From Adineta vaga (Eukaryota; Animalia; Rotifera), in NCBI GenBank assembly GCA_021613535.1, contig CP075493.1:15872001-15936000 (forward strand): a stretch of DNA of 64,000 bases, given 5' to 3'. The position numbers were made by a program, and so were the translations under genes. Below, piece by piece: positions 47,913 to 60,565 of this stretch. Every line of letters starts with the position of its first letter. Positions within the stretch are counted from its first letter, which is position 1. The notes below the pieces were generated by a model. That model was not told the origin of the DNA and did not search any database. It worked only from the letters and a program-made list of their open reading frames with translations.

Positions 47913-50900
47913 CTATCGCCTTCGATAACTAGTAACCGATTCTTTAAATATTTTCATGTACATTTCTGAAGGCAAAACAAATGTTACAAAAATAAGCATT
48001 GCTGGAGTAAATGAAATGAAATAAGCAAAAAGATATAACCATAGATTATCTGTTGTTTTAAGACATCCTGGAAGTAATGAAATGATCAATCGTGGTAATG
48101 ATAAAATGAGAAGAATCACAGGACTAATTAATAATTGTTTTTGTTCATTGAATTGTTGATGAATATGTTGACGATAAGTTGATCGATTTTGAGAAACTGA
48201 TCGTTGTCGAGCAATTCGAAAAACAATGAATAAAGCAGAAAAAAGGTTAGCACAGAATGGAGCGATAATATGAAAAAATAGGATAGCTGTGTTATAATTT
48301 TGAATAGAATGAGTGTAACTAGTAACACACCAAATGTTTTGAACTTCGATTATATGTAGATGAGTTTGATTTGTATAGAATTGTTTTGTTTCTGTTTGAT
48401 ATTCAAATAAACTACGGTAGATAAATTCATGGGTTAAAGTACCCATGTAAACGTTTTTTGGGTCAAGACGCGTTTCGACCGCGTGCCGAACGCGTCTAAC
48501 CCGAAGCAACTGTTCGCGTCTTGGCGCGTCCCTGGTGAAACAATTGGGGCGTCTGGATGCGATTCAAACTAACTGCATCTGAATGCGATTGCGTACTAAA
48601 TGCGTATAGACGCGTTTTAACTAAATTTAAAAATTAGGCAAAAAAATCGATCAATTCATCTCAGATTCGAACAGAGTTGACATCACAGTCATGTCCTGAT
48701 GGTCTTAGCCTACTTTGGCGAATGAACTGAATTTTTAACTTACATGACGAGAAGCAGATTTGAACATGTGAACCATCGATCAGAAGTCTTGAACATATAC
48801 CACTGAGCTATACTTACTCGAAAGATATTCTTATTCAAAAGGGTATCTAGTTGATTACATACTTTCGAACTTGAATAAAAGAATATGATGATGTTCGCTT
48901 CTATCTATGAGGAAAATACAACACTTTGTTTTATTTTTTTTCTAACAATAATCAGATAATTTCAAATAAAATTGTATGTTTTGCTGTCTTCTCTTTCTCT
49001 GTAATTATATTTGAGATATTTTTATAATTATAATTATTGAATGAAATTTGTATAAGTCAGATATATTCAACTGATGAGTTTTAACTATAAATTTCGAGAG
49101 ATTTTATTTAAAAAACAGATATCAATTGATTGCTGAGAATATTTTTAAACACATATAAACGACATCATCTAATTATTCTGTATTTGACATAACATATGTT
49201 GCATTGAAACGTCTTTCGACAGAGAAAACTGTTTGAACACACTTAAAAGACAGATAATCAGTATTCTCAGAGAGAAAATCGACGTAAACTACTATAAGCA
49301 ATCGCGTTGAGACGCACTTTAGAAAACTAAACGCATTTGAAATGTTTTCGGTAGCGTCTGGATGCATTTCGGAAACGTTCTTAGACGCACCTGGCCGCTA
49401 ATTCCTTCAAAGACGCGTTGATTCGCGTTTGGTGCTTGTTTTAGCTGCGTTTAGATTCGATTTGGATATAAATCGCGTTTGGCTGCGGTTGTTTTGTGCG
49501 ATAGAAAACGCATGTAAACGCGATTCCGTTAGCAGATGCGTCTGGATGCATTTAAAAATTCTTTTGACTGCATCTGAACGCGGTCTTACAAGAAAATGCG
49601 TCTACATGCAAATAAAAATTATTTTGTTTTGCGTTTAGACGCGATTGTACACAGATACGCGTTTGAACGCGATAAAATTGAGTTTAAACCGCGTCTAGAT
49701 GCGAATCTCGAAATCATACGCGGCTGAACGCGTTTATCCTGCGTCTGGTGTTTACATGGGTAGCAAGAATACAGAATGGTAAAAGAAAGATAATCCATCG
49801 TGCTATTTGTTTACTTTTGTTTTTATTGAATTTGACTCCTTTAAAAACATTGGTTGATCTTTCGACCGGGACACAAGAACTGAGCCAACTATCCAAATAT
49901 AAGAAAAGTTTAAGAATTGGTTCAATCGAAATACAACCTCCACGAAGTATAGAGAGACTAGTCGAAACGTTGATTTGTGTAAGAATAACAAACCAGAATT
50001 TGACTGTTAACATGCTAATTGCAAAAAGAGAAGTGACAGATGATGCTAATAGATACATTCCACATCCAACTTGTTGCGATTCTTTATTTTTAAATGTGAC
50101 GAAAGAAAGAATACTATTGATTAATCCTCCAACGAATATGATGGTCGTTATACAAGCACTTAATTTAAGTTTTACGGATTGTTTATTAAAATTTTTGTCA
50201 AGTTGAAGTTCATCACGTAAAATATCATCCAAATTTAAACCAATACTTTCGGTATGAAAAGGACAACGAGTACCAATAACACAACTATTCTCTCGTAGAT
50301 CTAAAAGTATGTTATCCAGCTTTTAGCTTTATTATTTAAACCTAACTGTGAATACGTACCAAAGTCGTAGAGACGAACTCTACTTGGACCATGTATAAAA
50401 ATGTCTATGTCACCTGTTACGTTAGGCTCATATGTTGTCGTAACTAATATGTATTTTGATTTTGATGTGAAGATTAAGAATGAGTTTGAATTGTCCACCA
50501 TTGCATCTGCCACTATGTTGTACAATTAAATTTTCGAAAGGTTTAAGTGGATCAAAATCATCTTTGTAGATATAATCATACGTATTTATAGAACTTTCAC
50601 TTCGCAGAGTATACATGCCTGTTTTTCTTACTTTTATTTGCAAGGGTTCATAATAATAGTTAGGTGTCCAGCAATCTCGATAATACGTTGGGTTATCTGT
50701 TTCAAACTTTAACGAATATGTCAGTTGTAATTTCATCGAAGTATCTATTAAACATCAAAATAAGAATAAAAACAAATTTCGAAATACCGTTGTACTAGAC
50801 ATGCGTCAGCACAGTCCAACTTGGAAGCATTCATCCGGTCGGACTGGCACTAGATAGACGTCTATGTTATATAATAGCGACGACAAAAATGACTCAGTTG

Positions 50901-52814
50901 CTTTATGAGAAAACACAAAATATACTTGGAAGCATGTTTTATTTGAAAAATGCTTATAAAACAATTTAGATACGTACCGACTCGAGTAAAATCAATGGTA
51001 TTTGGACCGGATACAAAAATAGAGAAATTCCCTAATGTATTTGAACGATACGTTGTTATCACTAATATATATCTGGTATCCGTATGAAGATAGGCGGTTA
51101 GTTTTAATTGTTCTTGATTGCAACTATCATTATGCTTTATAAGTAAATTATTAAATGGTTGAAGAGGATCAAATAAATCTTGATAAATATAACCATATGT
51201 ATTGATACGGCTCTCAATCCAAAAAATGTACGAGCCCGTTGTAATCACATTGATTTGTAAAGTTTCATAATAAGTGTTTGGTGTTTCACACTCTCGATAA
51301 TACATTGGATGATTAATAGTTAGTTCTGATGACTAGGTGTCTTGAATCTTCGATGAAGCTGCTGTGTGAAAAATATATTGAAATGACAAATACATAAATA
51401 TATACTAGAAACTTATAATGTCTGTTGTTCGTGTAGCAGAAAATAAATCTTTTGTGCGAAAGTCTCTTCTTACGTAAGTCATTGTATCCCGTATAAAAAT
51501 TGAAAAATTATGTTCATCAACATCTTTTAAATTCGATAAGAACTGTTCATTAAAGAATAGATTCACTTACTGAGATGATTGATTGTAATGTTCTTTAAAC
51601 CTAATAATTTGATCTCGATCTGCCCAGTACCTTTTGGATATTTAGTAGTGACAACTAATATATATTTGATATTGACATAAAGTGGAATTTTAATTTTAAA
51701 CTGAAGATTAAGACCATCACCATCATCATTATTATTTTCAAGTAGATTCATATTTGGATTCAATGGATCAAAAGTATTTTCATACATACAAGCATAAGTA
51801 TTCATCTTGCTGCTAATTTCTATGGTATAATAACAGATTTCAGGTACTTTTATTTCGTAGGCTTCGTAGTAAGAAGCTTTTCCACTACAATTTGGGAAAT
51901 ATACATCACTAGTCGAAGTCAATGCTGATGAATATGTTAATGGAATAACTGATGATATGTCTAAAAAGTAAAAAGAAGATAAGTATATATTACTAAAACA
52001 TCCAAGATTTTTATTAAACTATCTTTCACTTACCACAAGAATTTTTGGAGATTTGAAATTTTTTGTATACGATGATTTCCTGTGTCAGCAATAAAGATAT
52101 TTCCGGACTGATCAAAACTAATAGTAGACGGAAAGAACAATTGATTGGATTCGGAACCATCTCCATAACATCCAATAATACAGTGAACATCATTTGGTCC
52201 TGAACGAATAATTCGATGATTGTTTGAATCGACAATATATAAATATTTCCATGCATCAACGATAATTCCGCTTGGGCATGAAAGCGAAATTGTCATTTCC
52301 TTAGATAAATCTTCTATGTCTGTTACACTAATTATTGCACTGATTTGATACCGTTGAATGCGATTATTTCCGCAATCTGCAATATATAAAGTGAAATCGT
52401 CATCAACGAAGATTCCTCGTGGGTGATTCAGTTCTTCCAGAGTAGATCCTTTTACGCCCGTTTCAGCTACAATTTTCGGTGACTTAAAGTTTTTATTTAA
52501 CGATCTTCTCAAAACATAATGATGATCAGGTACTGAACAATATAGTCTGTCGTGTTTATCAACAAACAAACTATAACATGATAATTAACATTCATGACAG
52601 GTACAGAAATATTTTTGTCGAAGATCCATCTGTCTGCTCGATGTTTTGATACTCCATAACTAACAAAAATATCACCATTTGATATAACAAACAGAGAAGA
52701 TGCATTATAAAAATCAGTAGAAATGACCAGTGTTGAATGATCGTTTCCTTCATAGCTAGCTAGAATTTGATTTCTTTCTTTATTAATTGTATAGATTGAA
52801 CCTTGTCCATTCAT
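47913..52814 (-). pseudogene. Disrupted receptor gene: NHL repeats + three repeated beta-sandwich (PPC-like) domains + class A 7TM
   Basis: NHL motifs (P.GI.VD, YIADCGNNRI); three YYE..I.V...G.Y...S..NTY..Y...FDP..P domains; 7TM halves at 50232-49761 and 48441-47913. In-frame TAG near 51334, frameshifts near 52570 and 50460, MITE insertion. Confidence 0.85.
48442..49760. mobile_element. Non-autonomous CACTA/CMC-like element (1319 bp), TIR CCCATGTAAAC, TA TSD
   Basis: TA|CCCATGTAAAC...GTTTACATGGG|TA with dense GACGCG/GATGCR subterminal repeats. Removing it restores the host frame ILATLTHEFIY. Confidence 0.92.
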
Positions 52815-53413
52815 AAAGATAATGCAGTTCTCTTTCTGTAAATACTGCTACCATACTATGGTTCAGATTTTCTATAGTGAAGATGAAAAACTCTTTGTTT
52901 CAAAGATGGGCTCTTCAAATCAGTTGAGAATCTGACCGGCTTTGGATTTCGATCAGAAAATATTGAATCCGATGAACTTTAATCGAAGATGAATATTCAA
53001 CGAAGACGGTGACATATACGTTTTTTTCAGATGTACATTTTTATCATAATTTACGAACTGTTCTTTGATCTGCACGAATATTAAATTACAAACCATGACC
53101 TCTATACAAAATTATGAATTTTGTTTTGCTTGAATGACATAGCAAAAAACCTATTCTCTCACTATTTCCTATTGTGAGTAAAGATCTTATAACAAATGAG
53201 CCTACCCTAGATTCAAAACGTTCCGCCGCCCCTGTTATAGAGGCGAAAACGAACGAATATATACGATCGAAAGAATCGAGGATTTAGACATGATACAATG
53301 AGATGATGGACGGTTTGCAACGACCGATGGCGAAGTCGCCATGACTTGGACCTACAAAAATTCATAGAAACATATAAATATGCAGCCATAACATCGATTC
53401 ACATGGTCATTCG

Positions 53414-53433
53414 CCCACACCTACATCCTCAGG
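53414..53433. repeat. Half copy of the telomere-like element (C-rich arm)
   Basis: CCCACACCTACATCCTCAGG ~50 bp past the F-box gene stop. Confidence 0.55.
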
Positions 53434-53484
53434 TACTCATAGCGTTCAGAATATCTCAAGATTATCTGTAGATATACATTCATT

Positions 53485-55578
53485 TTATTGAAACTTCTGT
53501 ATTACAAACTCAGAAACAATGAACCATATGACGGATAATAAAGAAAAACAAATAACGGATTTTGTGCTTCTCCAAACTTTACCAATAATAAGACAAGATA
53601 TTATATAAGACAGTAAATATACTATAAATAAGGCTAAGAAGAAATGCATTGGAAACAAAGGAAATACCAATTTATTGAGTACAGGACGGACATGAGTATT
53701 AGCTATCATTGTTACAAAAGCTGACATATTTCGAGGTTTATTGGATAATTGAAACGTATTTTTGATTTTATACCATAAATGTTCAAATCGTGGTCGTTGG
53801 TAAGTAGAAAATTTTCTTTTTCCCAGCCATATATGAATATGTTCAGGTACCGTAGTTGCCTCTCCCCAACAATCAATATAACATGTTGCAGAACAATGAA
53901 AAAATTGTTTAATATCATTAAGAATTAAATCTGAAACAAATTCTGAACATCTTGATGCATTGTTCATTGAATCATGAATATGAAATGATACACTTGTTAG
54001 TCTTGGAAATTTGTCAATACAATAAATTATATCTGATCTTGATCGAATTGGCCATGTACTCAAATGTTCAATCAATGGAAATGAATGACTTAATTTATCA
54101 ATATAATCAATACTTTCATTCCAAAATAGGTATGTTTCAAATTTTAATGTACGAATTTGTTTTAATTCTGCACTTTCTATATGTTCTTTTTCTAAAAATT
54201 TGATAGAATGAATTACATCTTGAAACTTTAAAATACGAAGATTTGGCATGTGATATTGAATATCTTTTAATAAATAATAATAACGCCAAGAAAGTTTTAA
54301 CATTTCAATTTGCTTTAAATCAATAATTGATGATAAAATTTTGAATGAATCATTCCAATCAAGATACAAATTTTTAATTGAAGTAAATCGAAATGTATTT
54401 TCAAGACAAATTCTTCTTCCAAACATGGAATATTTAGGTCGATAGAGAATTGTATTGTTTGGTAGTGTTGAATATAAAGGTTTTCCAGAGAATAACTTCA
54501 TATGTGAAAGACCATGATCAGAAATTGAAATGGTAAATAAACATTTATCATAAAATGCAATAAACCAACGTTTTTCTTCGATCCAAAATGATGTTCGAAA
54601 TGAATCAAGACTTTGTTCAGTTAGAACATCATTTACATAAAATAGAAAATGAAATGAAATTAAAGATTGGACAATCCTTTGCCAACGATATCCATCAATT
54701 ATATTCCTATCGGATAATTCATATTCATCCTTGATCTCTAAATGAGTTAAATTTGGAAAATTTTGTAAGAATTGCTCTATATTATCCATGGATATATTTG
54801 CATCTATTGATCAAATAGAAATTCATTTCTTTGATTTCAATAATTAATTATTTTTACCTGAAATTATTAAATAAAGTTGTTTTAATGAATGACATGATTG
54901 TATTTGATGAAAATTTTGAAAAGAATTGAGAAACAAGGTAACACATCGAAGCTGAGGTGAATTTTGAAAAATTTCGTCGATATGATCAAATGATGATGAA
55001 TATAATCTTAATTGATATAAATATGGAAATTGAATTGAAGTTAATTCATTTGAATAATATGTACTTAAATATTTTAATTTAGGTAAAACTTCAGGATAAT
55101 GTTTCGATAAAATAAAATCAATTTCATTGGCATATGTGATGAATATATTGTCTTCATTAGAAAGAATTCTTTTTTCACCTGAACTATTAAATGAAAGTGA
55201 ATGCAATTGATTGAGTTTATATAAATTTGATAAAATTCTATATGATGATTTATGTTGAATTCTTATTAATGAAAGAGACCGTAAATTTGTTAATTGTTCA
55301 ATTTGAAAATAGTTTAAAAATAATTCTGATTGACCGATTGTATCATTTTCATCGGAAAGTATTAGAGACAAAATTTGTTCAGGTCGAATTTGTTCACAAA
55401 TATAATCAAAATCTGATTTTTCGATCGATTGAAAATTAATTCGATAAGTTGAATAAGATTTTAGAATTAAATTAAATCGTTCATTAAGATTTGAAAATAA
55501 ATGAAGAATTTCATGAGCCCAAAAATATTCAAATAAAATATGAAATAATTCATTTGGAAATTGTTCAAATTCATTCAT
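53485..55578 (-). CDS. F-box/LRR-like protein with hydrophobic C-terminus (exons 55578-54858, 54803-53485)
   Basis: FEQFPNELFHILFEY F-box motif, LxxLxL repeats, phase-1 GT-AG intron, two C-terminal hydrophobic segments. Confidence 0.85.
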
Positions 55579-55798
55579 TTTTGTATTACAATTGTAGATA
55601 TGATGCTTATGTTTTTTCTTCGTTATTTTTATAAAAGAAAATCTATATGCCCAGTTAACATGTTAAAAGATATGCAACATTCTCTTGAATTTGATAACAC
55701 TTCTGTGATAAGAACACAGCAGCAACTTATCTATGATGATAAAGCATTTTAAAAAACTGTTCGTTTTACTTTCAGCAATAGCTTTTGGTATAGAGAAT

Positions 55799-55858
55799 CA
55801 TCTTGAGGGTGTGGGTGTAGATATTGACATCTATCCTTCCCTTATGCTTACCCACATC
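55799..55858. repeat. Telomere-like inverted repeat pair
   Basis: CATCTTGAGGGTGTGGGTGTAG...TTACCCACATC; same terminus as the 12874 copy. Confidence 0.75.
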
Positions 55859-56697
55859 TGTATGCTAAATTCTTAAAACAAAAACATTTTAATTATGCAA
55901 CACTTTTTCAAACAATACTTTCATATTTAATCAATTCATGACATTATAAGAGATTCTTTTTTCCTTATTAATTATATGATGAATACAAATACTAGGGAGT
56001 ATCACGTTTCTTTACAATGAACTACTTCAAGAAACTTCAAAAACAGATGAACGAATGGCATGTTTATAAAATGCTTTTTTTAGCGAGTTGAACAAAAATC
56101 GCTACGATTGAGATATTCTCTCTCCACTTTTATTCATTTGCTATATTAAGAATTAATTAATTGGTGGAGTTATGTCTAACGCTGACAACGATTGTGTTTT
56201 TTAATTAGAAGATTCTCATTTATTTAAAGCAAATCCATAAATAGCATTGTTTTCTTTCATCATTTTAATCTATTTATTTATACTGATACTAGTTGACCTG
56301 TTCAAATTAGGCAAAGCTAAATTTATCAATCTCTGAACATTCTACTAACAAAAAATATGCAAAATTAAATTCATTTAATATATTCTTTTTGAAATGATCT
56401 TTTGCGATGTTCTAAAATATAAGAGATGAATCTTTAAAATTAATTATATGTGTGTATGTATCAAATTCAGATACTCATTTGTGAAGATAATTAACTGTCA
56501 AGCACATAATTTTTTCTTCCGAAGGAAGTGTAGTCGAATTATTTGAGATATTTTTCTACCGGAAAATACGTCTAAGTAGAATATTGAGTATAAAATAAAA
56601 ATGAGCAGATGTCAGTCGAGAAGTATAACTCTATGTGACATTTGAAAATCATATAAGACATAATCATATAATTGTATTTAGATATATTTCTTATAGT

Positions 56698-57738
56698 ATG
56701 TCGTCATCAATTACCATTGTTATTAATCAATTAAATTCAGCAACAACAAACATTGTTCTTGTTTTGTTATGTGTTGCATTTGTATTCGGAATTATTGGTT
56801 TAATTCTCAATATCATCGTTTTTACACGGCCAAATTTACGTAATGAACCATGTTCATTTTATTTCTTATATGCAACATATTTTAATCTATTTTTCATTCT
56901 TATTATCATACCGGTACGTATTCTTTCAAATAGTTATAATATTGATTTAGCTTATTATAATCTTGGTATATGTAAAGTCGAATTTTTTGCTTTCTATTCA
57001 ATACGTACAATATCTTGTTGGTTAATTGCAATTGCATGTATTGATCGGTATTTACATAGTTCACATAATCCTAATATTCGACGAATAAGTTCATTGAAAA
57101 CAGCAAAAATAACGACTTTGATTGTTATTATTTTAATTCCTATATTATATAGTCATATGATTGTTTATATGACTATAAGATATACGGCTAATCAATTAGG
57201 AGATCGTTCACCTAATTGTAATTCAGACAATGCAATATATCGTTCATTTCTTGCTATATGGTATATGACTTTATATTCACTTAGTCCATCATTTTTAATG
57301 ATTTTTTTTGGTTTACTTACAATAAATAATATTCGACAACGTCGTCATGTAATTACAAGAATAACGAAAAATGATCGAATAAATCAACGTACAGAAAGAC
57401 AATTATTATATATGTTAGCTGCACAAGTATTTGTAATCATTTTTACTACTTTACCACAATCAATTAATCAACTTTATGTGACATTTACTGCAAATATAGT
57501 TAAAGATAAACTTCAACTTGCACAAGAAAATTTAGCTAGTAAAACTCTTGGAGGATTGACATTTTTCACTCATTCAAGTACTTTCTATTTATTTACAATG
57601 TCTGGTATTGTTTTTCGTAAAGAATTATACAAATTCTTTTCTTTTCGACGAAACCGTATTCATCAAGATGGCAATGACACACAGCATGTTTCTATTACGC
57701 TTAGAAATCGACGAACTAATAACATCTCTAAACAGTAA
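56698..57738 (+). CDS. Class A GPCR, intronless
   Basis: Seven hydrophobic segments, PCSFYF, CKV, CIDRY, LP in TM6, FYLF...FRKEL; likely ATG at 56698. Confidence 0.9.
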   Translation: MSSSITIVINQLNSATTNIVLVLLCVAFVFGIIGLILNIIVFTRPNLRNEPCSFYFLYATYFNLFFILIIIPVRILSNSYNIDLAYYNLGICKVEFFAFYSIRTISCWLIAIACIDRYLHSSHNPNIRRISSLKTAKITTLIVIILIPILYSHMIVYMTIRYTANQLGDRSPNCNSDNAIYRSFLAIWYMTLYSLSPSFLMIFFGLLTINNIRQRRHVITRITKNDRINQRTERQLLYMLAAQVFVIIFTTLPQSINQLYVTFTANIVKDKLQLAQENLASKTLGGLTFFTHSSTFYLFTMSGIVFRKELYKFFSFRRNRIHQDGNDTQHVSITLRNRRTNNISKQ

Positions 57739-57856
57739 TAACAGTACCATTAAGAAAAAAAAAACAATTTTTCAATTTATTCGAGTGTGAATGAAATGAA
57801 TATATCTCAGTAAAAAAGAAAAAAAAGTGTCATTTTTTTGCCCCGTCCATCTCCTA

Positions 57857-58020
57857 TGAGGATGAAGGGTGTGGGTGTGGATCTTGCATCTGGGCGAGAG
57901 TGTCGTGCTATTTTATGCACACTCATACTCTCCACCACACACCTACACTTACACTATCACCTCTCACCCTCCTCTTGGAGACGGGAGATGAAGATGCGGG
58001 ATATGGGTCATATCCTCAGG
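57857..58020. repeat. Degenerate telomere-like repeat cluster
   Basis: GAAGGGTGTGGGTGTGG...CACCACACACCTACAC...CACCCTC; also CTTGGAGACGGGAGAT, whose reverse complement occurs near 6795-6810. Confidence 0.65.
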
Positions 58021-58889
58021 AAGATGCTGCATCTCTCTAAGGATATGCATATCCCGCCATCCCTAGACCCCAAAAATGATTAAGAAAGATGAAATAATAT
58101 CAGGTATTGTACTCGTTTAGCGCCTCCCAGCATCCCCGGTCGGCAGGTTATGCGTCATCACTGAATAAATAAATTTTTCTCAAAAACTTCGTTATCATTG
58201 AAATTAATCATCTGTCGCCGATAAAAAAATTGAGAATATTTTTGAAGTATGATTACTCATCAAAAGCATTTTATCTACTTGAAGCTTTAATACGAAAGGA
58301 ATGATTTCTGTTTTTTATTTGTTAGAAAAACCCAGTTGATTACCATAAAAGAGCATGCTATGATTCATGCGCAAATAAATATTGTATGTCTTGAAGGAAC
58401 AATATTAATTACGTAGATGTATACAAAAATATCTTACAAAAAAGTCAATCAACTGAGATTTCATACCATCTGCACAAATAACTGATTTGCTAGTTTTTAA
58501 TACACTATTAAAGAATATATACATACATCGCGAGTTGATGCATTAGTCAATCGTCAAATAAAATAATTTTTAAGTTATGTATTATCTTTCATATGAAGAG
58601 CTGTTCTACTAAAAGCAGGACATATTTGCCAATATGTATAACTGTTGTATATCGAGTAGAATATTGTTACGGAACTAAAACCACTCGGACTTAATTCAGC
58701 ATCATAGTTACGCTTCTCAATTCCATAGATTAAAGAGATGTTTCTAGAAAATAAAAAAACACTTTTCGTAAAAAAAATCCAACTTTTTCACGTCTATAAG
58801 GAGAAGGAATGAAGTATTTCTGACAGACGTATCCAGTTGAGTTTCATTTATTTCAAAATCAAATTAACCAATTCATTGTCGCGATAAAC

Positions 58890-59630
58890 ATGTCCGCTCA
58901 ACGCAGGTCCAATGTAAATACCAATGCTGATTATGTCTATATAAATGAAGATCAAATTGATTCGGAATTAAAATGTATCATATGTCAGCAACCCTTTGTT
59001 AAGCCTATGATTGGAACAAAATGTGGACACACGTTTTGCCAGGAGTGCATCCAAAATTGGTATAGCGGAAATTCATCTTGTCCCTCGTGTCGACAAAAAA
59101 CATCATTCCAACCACTGATGACTCGAATTGTTCTTAACCAACTCGATCGTCTTCTTGTTCGCTGCTCATATTGTAATAAAAATGATATTGAACGAGGCAA
59201 CTTTCATGATCATATTAACCGTCGATGTTCTGAGGTGAGAGTTAAATGTCCAGCTGCTGATATGAAGTGTAAATGGGTTGGTAAACAGAACGAGCAAGCT
59301 CAACATTCAGTTGAATGTCCATTAGTAACAATTCGACCGATTATAGCAGAATTACAAAGTGAGATCTCGGCACTAACCTACCAAGTCCAGATTTTGATGG
59401 ATCAAATGAGCGAACAACCGAACCATAGATACCAACAAAGCCGCACAAGCCAAGATAATCAAAGAATCCCTATGCAAAGTAGATGCGAAAACCATTCGGA
59501 ACGCTATGAAAAACTCATTAGAGATATGAAACATACATGGTGTTTTCGCACCAGTAGTTGTAGGGAACGCAATTGTCTTTTCTGTCATAGTGGCCAAAAA
59601 TTATATAAATGCTCAGTGTGTTCATGTTAA
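58890..59630 (+). CDS. RING finger + TRAF-type zinc finger protein (E3 ligase-like); frame continues to 59753 past the TAA
   Basis: C3HC4 RING (CIIC...CGHTFCQEC...CPSC), TRAF zinc fingers (C..C......H....C), coiled coil, C-terminal Cys cluster. Confidence 0.88.
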   Translation: MSAQRRSNVNTNADYVYINEDQIDSELKCIICQQPFVKPMIGTKCGHTFCQECIQNWYSGNSSCPSCRQKTSFQPLMTRIVLNQLDRLLVRCSYCNKNDIERGNFHDHINRRCSEVRVKCPAADMKCKWVGKQNEQAQHSVECPLVTIRPIIAELQSEISALTYQVQILMDQMSEQPNHRYQQSRTSQDNQRIPMQSRCENHSERYEKLIRDMKHTWCFRTSSCRERNCLFCHSGQKLYKCSVCSC

Positions 59631-59959
59631 GTCGCTCACAGAAACGTTGCGGCACATGACAATAGCGCCGAAGAATATGCTGTTATCTGCAAATCCTGCG
59701 TTCAATCTTATAGAAAAACTTTCTCCGTAATGCCGGAGATAAGACTTGCATGACTAATATAACATCAGTAAATCTTGCATTTTCTATTGTTTTTTCTTAA
59801 TGTGCATACACTGAACTGCTTTCATTTCTTCTTATTCGTTCTGGCACTTCTTCATATATTCCCGAGTTATATTAAAAACAAAATCGGCAAAAGTGAACCA
59901 AAATAACAGTGTAGTTATAGTAAATATTATTCCCTCGACTGAAAAGATGTGTGCGTGTG

Positions 59960-60084
59960 GATTTCGGTGAGAGTGACGAAGATATATCCTTACCCACACC
60001 CACATCCACTCTTTAAAAATGCTGCATAAAGAGGGTGGGTGTGGGTGTGGGTAAGGATATATCTTCGTCACTCTCACCGAAATC
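59960..60084. repeat. Near-perfect hairpin (~56-bp arms) containing telomere-like repeats
   Basis: GATTTCGGTGAGAGTGACGAAGATATATCCTTACCCACACCCACATCCACTCTTTA, 11-nt loop, TAAAGAGGGTGGGTGTGGGTGTGGGTAAGGATATATCTTCGTCACTCTCACCGAAATC. Confidence 0.92.
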
Positions 60085-60565
60085 TGAGATATAATATTTC
60101 ATCATGAATCTCCGTAATGGTTATGAACATAGTAACAAATGAGTTTTCTACGTGTGTGTGATTGACACATAGTTGATTTATGAGAAAATATAGTTTTATT
60201 AACATTTCTCTCTAACTGAGGATTGCGGCGGAACAACGTTCTGGTATTTCAATACACAACACATGTTGCAACTAAACTACAGAATAACATTCAGGATAAA
60301 ATTTAAAGTAACTATTATAAGAAGGTATTGACTAACTTATATAAACTGGTAAAATCTACGATAAAAGTCTGACAAGAAAAAAGATTTTATTTTCTAATTT
60401 ACTACTGAGTATCATTGACGATAATTATTATTCTGAAAACTCTCGTTTTATATGTAAAGCTTTGGGTTTTTTTTGTTATACTATATATTTAATGGCTGCG
60501 GTTGAGAGAAAAACTCAGTTTGTTTCTTAGAAGAAGAAAATATTTCTTTGAGGAACATAATTTAG

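Noticed and set aside
53215-53235. TTCCGCCGCCCCTG, resembling a hAT-type terminus
   Set aside because: No partner end or TSD found in the window.
616-60084. CRISPR array or bacterial terminators for the GGTGTG hairpins
   Set aside because: Eukaryotic context; copies are dispersed rather than regularly spaced, with no cas genes and no U-tract pattern.
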